A stretch of 33,869 bases of DNA, from contig JBBCKI010000005.1 of NCBI GenBank assembly GCA_037190965.1, forward strand, positions 1 through 33,869. Reading direction: 5' to 3'. The position numbers and the translations under genes were made by a program. How positions within the stretch are numbered: the stretch's first letter is position 1; each line of letters begins with the position of its first letter. Origin of the DNA: Chthoniobacteraceae bacterium. GTDB lineage: Bacteria; Verrucomicrobiota; Verrucomicrobiia; Chthoniobacterales; Chthoniobacteraceae. The notes beneath the pieces were generated by a model, which saw nothing but the letters and a program-made list of their open reading frames with translations, was not told where the DNA came from and searched no databases. Positions 1 through 9,900 of the stretch are shown piece by piece.

Positions 1-3000
1 GACTCCGGCGTTTGTCCCGCCGACAACCGTCTTTTTCTCCCGATTATTGCCGCCGTCGTAGACGTAGGTCGTCGTGATGTCGACGCTTTCGTCGGAGCCA
101 AGGTCGACCGCTTCCCTATATAGCCGGTTGGCATTGTCGTAGGTGTTATGAACGGTGCGTGAGGGGAGCGTGCCCGTCAAGTATTGTTCCTCGACGGTCG
201 TTACGTTGCCCGCGAGGTCGTACTTGTTGAGCGTCAGGCTCAGGTCGTTGCCTCCTGCTTTTGCGAGGATGGTCTGTACCCGGCCGAGCGCGTCGTAGGT
301 AAACTCGCTCATTGTATCGGCGGGAAGCTCCTTCTTCCTCACACGGCCGCTCAGATCGTAGCGGTAGGTGGTTGTCCGTCCGCCCTCCGTCATGGTTTTA
401 AGACGGTTGAGGGCATCGTAGGTTGAAACGATGATTCGGCCGCTTCCACCATAGGTGACCTGGAGCCGGTTGCCTGCCAGGTCGTATTCGTACTGGTGGG
501 CGGCTCCTCCGCTTGTTTCGGTGACAACCCGATTGAGGGCGTCGTAGGTGTACGTGACGTTGGCCTTGCCGCTCTTCCCGGGCTCGATGACGGAGAGCAG
601 GTTGCCAGCGGCGTCGTAGCTATAGGTGCGGTTGCCGGCGGATGAGACGCTATAGTTTACGGTCTTCAGTCGGTGCCGGTTGTCGTAGCTATAGGTCGTC
701 AGTTGGCCATTGGCGTCGGTTCGGCTCGTTTTGTTGACGGAATTGTACTGGAAGAGTGTGCTCCGCCCAGCGGCATCGGTGCTCTTTGTGTTCCGATTGA
801 GTCCGTCGTAGTCAAAGCTCGTCGAATGTGCGTTGCCATCGATGACTTTGGTCCGATTGCCGACTTTATCGTATTCGTAGCTGACGGTGTTGTTGGCTCC
901 ATCGGTGGTGGTGCGCAGCCAGTTGAGCCCGTCGTAGGTGTTCTGGGTGACGTGTCCATTGGGATCGGTGACGCTCAGGACATTGCCGTTGGCATCGTAC
1001 GTCGTCGTTGTCGTTGGGCGTTTGCTCTGTCCGTCGGTCGGGTCGATGACCGCCGGGGCTTGTACCGAGATCGGCCGGTTGGCGTGATCGTAGACGGTAT
1101 TGCTCCGGTTTCCGTTCGGATCGGTGACCGCTACCAGGTTGCCGACGTTATCGTAATCCCAGGTGGTAACCGGTCTTGCCGCGTTACCGGTGACGGCATC
1201 GGTGACGCTTGGGCCGGTTTCGGTCCGTTTGCGGTTGCGTTCGTCGAATCCGTAGTTCCATTCGTTGCCAAGCGGGTTGATGACCGCGATGACATTTCCT
1301 GCATCGTCGTACGTCGTTTGGGTAACGGGCCGCTGGTTCCCAGGGAGGGTGGGTGCGAGGACTTTAACGGGCCGACCGGCGCGGTCGTACTCGGTTTCCG
1401 TCACCCGGTTGAGTTCGTCGACGATTTTCCATTTCAGTCCCGTACTGGTGTAAGAGCTCTGGACTCTCTGGCCGTCAGCATAAGTCACCTGCGTGGGCCG
1501 ATTGAGTGCGTCGAACGCGATATTTGTGGTTTTTTGCAGCGGATCGGTTTCCCGAATCTGGTTACCTACGCGATCGTAGCCGAACGTGCTCGTGGCGTAT
1601 TGTCCATTCCCGTATTGAACGGAGCGCGATGCGAGCCGGTACAGCCCGTCGTAAAGGAAGTTGGTCACATACCCGCGCGGGTCGGTGCTCCGGGTCGGCT
1701 TGAATCCCGATGAGTCGAAGACGCTCCCACCGGAGTTGACTCCATAGACATAGGTCGTTGTCCCCGCCGGATTGGTGGTGCTCTTGAGCCGCTGGATGGC
1801 GTCGTAGTCCATCGTCGTCTGGTTGCCGTTGGGATCGGTGACGGAGGTCTTTGAGTTAACTTTGTTATATCCGTACCGGGTGACGATGTTTTGGCCCGAA
1901 CCGGATGTTTTCTTAATGGAGCTCAGGCGGCTCAGGTCGTCGTAGCCGAACTCGGTGACGTGACCGTTTTCATCGGTTTCGAAAGTCTTGTTTCCGCGTA
2001 CATCGTACTCGAGGTGCTTCTCGCTGGCGTCGGCGTAAGTCACCCACGCCAGCCGGTTGCGGCGGTCGTATTCGAAATACGTGGTGTTGCCGTTGGGATC
2101 GGTCGTGGAAAGTTTATTGCCATTATGATCGTAGCCGTGGTGCGTGACGAGGTTAAGCCCGGATGGGTCTACCGTTTCGGATGCGATTCTGCCCGAACCA
2201 TCGAGACCATAGGAAGTCACGAGATTGCCCGCCCAGGCCGGATCGCCGGAAAGACGGTTGACGGTCCTTTGAGTCACGACGCCTGGGTGAGCAGAACTGC
2301 CGTAGGTGAAGGTCGTCTGCTGAACGGTCGCGCCACTGCTGTTTTTGATCGTCCCCACCGTGCGGCGCCCCTTGTTGTCGAGAGTGTACTCGGTCTTCCG
2401 CCCTTCTTCATCCAGGACGCTCGACATGATGCGCCACTGGGTGCCATAGGTGAACACCTTGGATTCCCCCTGCGCATTGGTCTGGCGGGTGGGATCGTCA
2501 TAACGGGCATTGAAGCCGCTAACTGGAAAGAGAGGCGTCGGGCTGCCCGAAACTACCCACACATCATCATAGGAGAAGGTGGTCGTGTTGCCGTTCATGT
2601 CCTTGGCGCTCTTCAGCGCCATGCCTGCGCCCGGATCGAAATCATAAACTTCCGACCCTCCGATGGGATGATCGATGGTCATCCGGGTGAAATAGACGAT
2701 TTTGGGCGCAGTGGTTTCAGCGCTGATCGCATCGATATTTGCGCTGACGACCTGTCCATTGCTGAAGCGATAGTCCGTCGTGTGGCCTTCGGCATCGGTC
2801 ACGCTAGTGATGCAGCGGCTGTCGAAGGTCAACTGGGGAACAGTATTATTGGCGTCAGACCCGTAGGTAATGGCAATGGAACTATTGTTCCGGAAGGTGG
2901 CGTAACCGTGGCTACCCGGCAGGGTAACCTTGGCGACATTGCGGGGTAGACCAGTCTGGGTGTAATAGCGACCATGCTTGGCGGTGTAGGTCCGCTTTGT

Positions 3001-3900
3001 GTGGTCAAACTCGTAGGTGAACGAGTACGTCTTCCCCAGGGGATCGCTAATGCTGCTCAGATCGCAGTGAAACTTTGGAACAGGAGCGTCCCCCGAATTT
3101 ATTGGGCTCAGGTCGTCTTCCACGGCGAAATCGTAGCCATAGTTTGTGACCCCTCCGTCGGGGGCTGAAACGCTGGCCAATTTCCACGCTTTGAAAGTAG
3201 CGCCACCGTAATTGTAGCTGATCTGGTCGTAGGAGTACCGATACAGGTTTCCATTGGGATCCCAAATCTTGGTAATCAACCCCTCGTCATTCTGGGCAAT
3301 GTAAATCGTCTGGTCGGGATGCCCGGACCGGGAGATCATCATCGGCGTCAGAGTCGATGCGTTGGCATAGGTGTAGACGAGCGAATTACCGAGGCGATCG
3401 ATGACGCTGGTCGCGCGGGAATACGAACGGTCTTCGTCCGGCCCCCCTTTCTGACGGTCGGTGCTGATACTCAGGTAAATTTGAGTCCACGAAAAAGTAA
3501 TCTGGTTTCCAAACTTTTGCCTGAAGGTATATCCGTCAAACGAGGTCAGGTAATCAGTCGCCTCCACGTTGGAGGTCGGCATCGGCTGCCATTTGTTGTA
3601 TTCGGAACGAATGAACCGATGGACCGAACCGTTTTCATCCGTGATATACGCGTAGGAAGGTTGGTCAGGCGCATTAACGTATTCGACATGGGGCGTCACA
3701 TTTGAACCCCATCCTATGCCGAATGGTCGATTGGGGCGCTCGTGAGGACGCAAACCGCTGCGCATCGTCCAGTTTTCAGAGGCCGCATTCCGACGAACTG
3801 AAAGCACGAGCGGACTTCCCGCTACCGGTACATAGACGTCTGTCGTGCTGTGTCGAAGCCCCATGGTCATCGCATCCACATAGGTCTCCTCCTTCTGTTC
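1..3900 (-). repeat. RHS/YD repeat region of the giant CDS, beginning with a DUF6531-like segment (LVLSVRRN...PFGIGWGS, ~3.9-3.55 kb)
   Basis: Dense YD-type repeats, seen as recurring gtcgta on the + strand, e.g. TYTYDALNR, YEYDLAGNR, TTTTYDANGNVLSVTDPNG, TDALGG. Confidence 0.9.
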
Positions 3901-6900
3901 GTCGGTCTCAGCGGACTGCTGAGGCTTTTCATCCGGGATCGGTCGCCCGTTCAGCGCGATTTTGCGATAGCGCGTTCCGGAAGCATAGTCCGCCGGGACC
4001 GTGTAGTCGCGTTTATCATCATCCACTGTATCCGGATCGGGTTGGTAAGTGACTGCGAACTGATCCTGACCCACTGATTGGCCATCAAAAATAGCGTCAA
4101 AACGGAACTGCAGGGTATCATCGACTTTAGCTCCGGACGTGGGGACAACGCGGAATGTGGTTCCTTTTGTCCCGGAATTAATCTCTTGCTGCGTAAATGT
4201 ATGGCCGCTGCTGAGAGTCTGCCCGGTCCTTGTATCGATCACTACAAATCCGGTGCCGGACCAATTCAGCGTATAGGTGGTGCCAGACGGTCCAGTAGCA
4301 TTCACGGAAAACTGAGAGGTCTGGCCTTTCTTTACAATGGCAGCCGAGTTCCTCTTTTCATCATAATCGAGTTTAATGCCCCCTTGGCTATAATAGACTC
4401 CATCATAGACATTGACATAAGGCGCTTGGATGAGGCAATAGTCCCCAGACGCTATTGATGCATCCCCGTCTTCCGGCCCCAAGGCCGCCTTGCGGAGATC
4501 AATTTCAAATTCTTCGGTTTCCCCAGGACCAGTAAGAGTAGGACGACGCGATTTTATAACCTGAATTTCAGGAGAATTGCCCTTTGGAACGAAAATTTCG
4601 TACCAATCAAGATGATGAACCCCAGGCTTTTTTGTCTTGTATTTGTATTTGTATTGACGCGCATCTATATAATCTCCGTCATGATCTAAATTCACTCCTC
4701 CAACCCAAGTGCCGTAGATGTTATGACCAGGGATCCACCAGGGGGATGGAGGGACGCTGCTCCAATCGCTGTACTCCGACATGCTCTCCAGAGCATCAGA
4801 CACAAACCGGTCGCTCGTGTATTCTTCAGACAGTGTTTCCACTTCTGCGCCCGATATAGAAGCGAGATCTTCGCCGGAACTATGCCAAATCCATCTTTTC
4901 TCCGTCGGCTCTACGGTGTAAGTCCAGTCAGCGTCTGGGTCAATGGGATAGATCAACCCAAATGGCGAGCCAAAGTAACTGGGTCTATACACATAATGAT
5001 TTACATGGCCGTTGGAGTTTGTATCAACAACCCAAGCTCCAGTTTCATCCCGAATAGCATTGCCACTATAGCTGGACGATCTTTCTCCATCATAATAATT
5101 TTTCCAATTCGCCCGACTCTGGAAGCGTGCGCTTCCCTCATAAGAGAAAGCGAATTCATATCCCTCACGAAAATATACCAGTGGGTCGATGGTGTCCGAC
5201 ATTGAATAGCTCGAACTTCCGCTGCTGTTCCAGTAATGGTATGAATACCCGTCAATTGGATGATCATTAGTCCATGCCTCTGAAGAGCTAGAATGCCCTG
5301 TTGCTGAGTATTTCAGGTAGTACTTCGGGGGCGCTCCGGGAACAAACTCCTGATAGCCGGGATTCCAAGCCCATATCCCCCGCGAGCGGTGCCAAAATTC
5401 AATTTCCCCCGGAACCTCGTAAGAAACAACGTTCGTGTAGGCTGTCTTATAAGACCCATTCTCACCGTACGCTCGATATTGATAACGTTTACCAGCAAGC
5501 AATCCGGTATCCCAGGTATTTGTCAACCAATAGGATATAGTCCTCAAAGTCTCCCAGGGACCATCGCTCACTTTCCGCTCGATGATGACGTCGGAAACGT
5601 TTGGAAACCGGCTTGAGAGTTTAATGTCGATTGTCGAAGAGTTGGTCTTGTTTTCGGGAGCACTCCATTGTGCTGAAACGCTTAACGTCGGCATATATCC
5701 CACGGATGATGATGAAGCGGGGTCCGGATCCGTCTGCGGCAACCGTCCTTGGCCCCCTGGCTCTGGTGGTGGGTTCGGACCTGTTCCACCATGGGATGGT
5801 CCACCAATCACTCCACCACTAGCGGAGACATTAATCACAAGCACCGCCGAGATCGCTTCGATCCCGTTGCTGTCAGTGACCTTCGCTAAGTACCTGTGCC
5901 CACCCGCCGTAATGCTGCCAATAGTCTGACTGTATGAAAGTACGCCTGAGCCGCCTCCGATGTTGAGCGATCCATCAAACAGATCGATTCGAGCAATGGA
6001 GCCGGAGACGGATGTAGCACTGGCTGTCAACGTTAAGCTCGAGCCGGGCGTAATCGGTGAAGAACCAGCAGAGGAGGTGAGGGTCACAACGGGAGGGGCT
6101 ACAGCCGTTACCGTCACAGGAGTGGAAATACCGACGCCGCCGTTGCTGTTGGTTGCTTTTGCGGTAAGGACGTGCTCTCCGAGAGTAATATCCTTCCAGA
6201 TAAACTTTCCGGCGATTGGCTCACCCAGCTTCGCCTCACCGTCGAAGAGTTCGATTTTGGTGATGCCGCCGGCGTCCGTCTGAGCCGTCGTCTCGATGAC
6301 CAGTGAACCTCCGGCTGCAATTGTGTCTCCATCGGAGGGAGAGTCGATCACAACCGTTGGCGGAGCATCCGCCATCAGGTTAATCGGGGAGGAGACGGAA
6401 ACGCCGCCTTTGTCATCCGTTACCTTTGCAATGAACTCGTGACTCCCGGGCGCAAGTGAACTGATCGTATATTCATACGGAGTTGTTGTGACGGTTGTGC
6501 GGAAAGAATTGTTGTCGTAAAATTGAACCGAAGCGATGGTTCCGTCGCTATCAGCCACGGTCGCGGTGACAGTCAAAGCCTCATTGGCCGGTACAATACT
6601 TCCGCTCGGCGAGGTTGCGATGCTGATAGTCGGATTGGCGTTGATCCGTATCGTCACCGGATCTGAAGTTGCCGTTCCGGCCCCACTATCGGTCACCTTT
6701 GCGGTCAGTGTATGCTCTCCCGCCGTCAATCCGGTGAGGTTCACAGAAAATGGACTTTTTGTGGCTTCACCAAGTTTGGTTTCACCTTCGAATATCTCGA
6801 CACGCGAGATTTGCAGGCCCGTACTCACCGTCGCGTAGGAGCTGACAGGCACATCGGCACCGGAAAGAAATACATACCCATTTCCCGGCGACGTGATTCG

Positions 6901-9900
6901 AATTGAGGGAGGATCTGCCGCGATCAAGGTGATAGTCTTTGACTGGGTGAAAACGCCCTGAGCATCCGTAGCTTTCGCGGTCAGCGAGTGGACGCCTTGA
7001 GAAATAGAAGCGATCTGAACCGTGTAGGGCGGCGTGGAGTCTTCTCCGATCTTCGTCTCTCCATTGAAAAATTCGACAAGGGCGATGCTTCCTCCGGCCA
7101 TGGGGCTGGCCGTCGCTGTCACGTCGACGGGGGTTCCCGTTACAACGACCGTGCCGGTAATCGGCGCCGTAATTTCCACCATCGAACTATCGGTTACTGT
7201 AATCGCGACGGGGGCGGAAGACGCGGTGACTCCTGCGTCATCCGTTGCCTTGGCCGTCAATGAGTGAGATCCCGGCTCGGGGCCCTGCCAAAAAAACGAA
7301 AATGGAGCCACAAAACTTTCACCGAGTTTGGTGGTTCCGGTGAAGAACTCAACCTTTGCGATGCTTCCATTGGCCGTTGAGGCTGTGGCTTGGAGGCGAA
7401 TCATCTCATTGCGGGAGAAGGTCTGGGCTGCCTGGGGATAGGTCAGCGTTACTGTGGGAACAGGCCGAATAGTGACGGAAACCGGCGCTGAAGTTCTAGC
7501 GATGCCTCGACTATCCGTGGCTTTCGCGGTAAGGACATGAATCCCCTCGGCCGTCCCGCTAAATGTCAATGACAGAGAAGCTGCCGCAGCTTCATCGAGC
7601 ATCGTGCCACCGTCGAAGACCTCAATTAAGGTGACCGTTTGTCCACTTGGAGAGACGGCTTCGGCTGCGACGGGTAGTTCAGCATCGATGGCAATCCCTG
7701 TATTCCCGCCGGGTGCGGTGATAGCTACATTTGGCGGAGCGTACGCTCGATAGAGATCCTGAACCTCGATTTCGCTCAACGCCTTGTGATAGATACGGAG
7801 ATCGTCCAATGCGCCGTCGAAATCACGAACCTCTTCGCTCTCTCCCGTCGCCTTTCCGACAAGAATGGAGGCGGTATCCGAAAGGATCGTCCCTGTCGAA
7901 CTGCCAACAACGACTTCATTGAGGTAGAAGGTCGCCTTGGTTCCATTGTAGACGACCACGGCGTGGTGCCATTCATCGGACGTCACGGAAGCAGGGCTCT
8001 GGAAATTAATGGTTCCGCCATTCTGGGTCGAGGAAACGAGGAGACGCGGCGAACCCAACTCCGATGGATGAACCTGGCCATTGTCGACAAGGAGTTGGAA
8101 TCCACTTGTCGACGCGGTTCCGGTTCTAATCAACGTGAACGCTGTCCCGTCGGGAATCGGATTATACCTAAACCAAACTGAAATGCTGAAAGGCTTGCCG
8201 GTAACCGGCACGATTCGATTGCTCGTATTGTCGATCTGCAGCGCCTGAACCGATAGTCCGCCGTCGAAGAGGATCGCTTTCTGAGACTCAATCCCCGTTC
8301 CACGGATGACGCCTGAGAGGGAGGCATCGTTGCCAACTCCCGATGAATCGGTCGCGATGTTTCCATCCGTTTCTTCAAAACGCCAGCGCCCCACCAGGGC
8401 GGCGGTATTCGCCGTAAAGGTAACCGGTGCGGCATCGCCAGCCGTCACCGAAATCGTGCTAGTCGTTGCTCCATAGAGCGGCTGCTTATAATGGACACGC
8501 GCTTTCCCCAAATCGTCGGTGGTGAGGGAAACTGTTTCCAGCAAGGGCGATTCGCCATCACTGGTCAGCGAGAGCTTTCCTCCCCCCTCCGCAACCGTAA
8601 AGCTTAGCGGTGCATTTCTCAGCGCTGCCCCGTTGGCATCAGCCAGGGAGACTTCCAGCGCCTGAGGCAGAAAGCAATTGGCCGGCGTTGTTTGATTGTC
8701 GCCGCCGCTCGTCTTTGTCACCGTCGGGTTCGCCCCGTTGTAGTAGTCAGTGGGATCGGTTTCGTTTTGGAACTCCTGCAGATTGGTAAGTCCGTCCCCA
8801 TCGCCATCTCCCGCAGGGTCAATTCCAATTTGGCCGAAGTGCTCGATTTCCCAGGAATCGCGCACGCCGTTCCAATCCTGGTCGCCATTCATGAAGAGCG
8901 TGCTCACCTGCACAACTCTCGTCGGGGTGACCACGCCGACAGGGTAAAGATGCGGAACTCCGGTTCCTCCTCCGGGTGGGATCGCGACGATCAGGTTGTG
9001 TTCAAGATCGTTTGTGGCGAGGAAACGACCGTCTGCCAACCTGGCCAATCCCGCAAATTGGGTATGCTCTCCGCTGGAGACGGGTGAACTGAACGTGAAG
9101 GTTTTGCTGACGTCCGCCAGATCATCAGGGTCCCACATCCGTATCTTGCCGGTACTATCGTGATCGATCGTTGCCAGTTGTGTATCGCTGATCGCGATCG
9201 TCTGCCGCCCGTTCCCGAAGCCCGCTGAAGAGCTGACTTCGCGAACCCGCCATCCAAATGGCTTTGTAGGCCGTGCGTTGAGATAGTACGCCGCTGCGGT
9301 GCTTCCGCCATATTGAACCCATAGTTCCCGGCTGGCACGGCGATATGCCATTCCATAAACGGGGCTGCTTGAAAGCGCGGGATCATTAGTCCCATCTTCC
9401 TTGAGCAATGGAGTCATTTCTGGATTCCAGCTAGCCAGTATGAGGTCGTAGAGCACAAAATAGGGCCGACCATCCGTTTTTCTCACGATCAGATAGATCT
9501 TCTGGTCTACACGCTCGATGGCATCGAGAGACTGGATCGCCCCGGAGGCAAATGGCGTCACGTGATCGGTGTAGTCCGCATTGGAACCTGGAGCGTTAAG
9601 ACGATGATAGTTCCTCAATACCAACTGCTGCGTACCGTCGATATATCCCCACCAGAATCCTCCATGGGGATCGCTCGTAATCACGCCTTCCCCGAGACAC
9701 GGGAAAGCTCCCAATTTCAAGAGGCTATTATTGAATACGTGAAACTCCGACCCTGCAACGGTGACAATTTGCGACAGAGCGCCCTGGGAAACCGTTGGAT
9801 CGGTTCCGTTTCGGTATTCCTCAAGATTTGAGCGCCCATCGTCATCCGGGTCCGCGTTGGGATCCGTTCCGGTCTGGCTAAAATATTGCCTCTCCCACGC

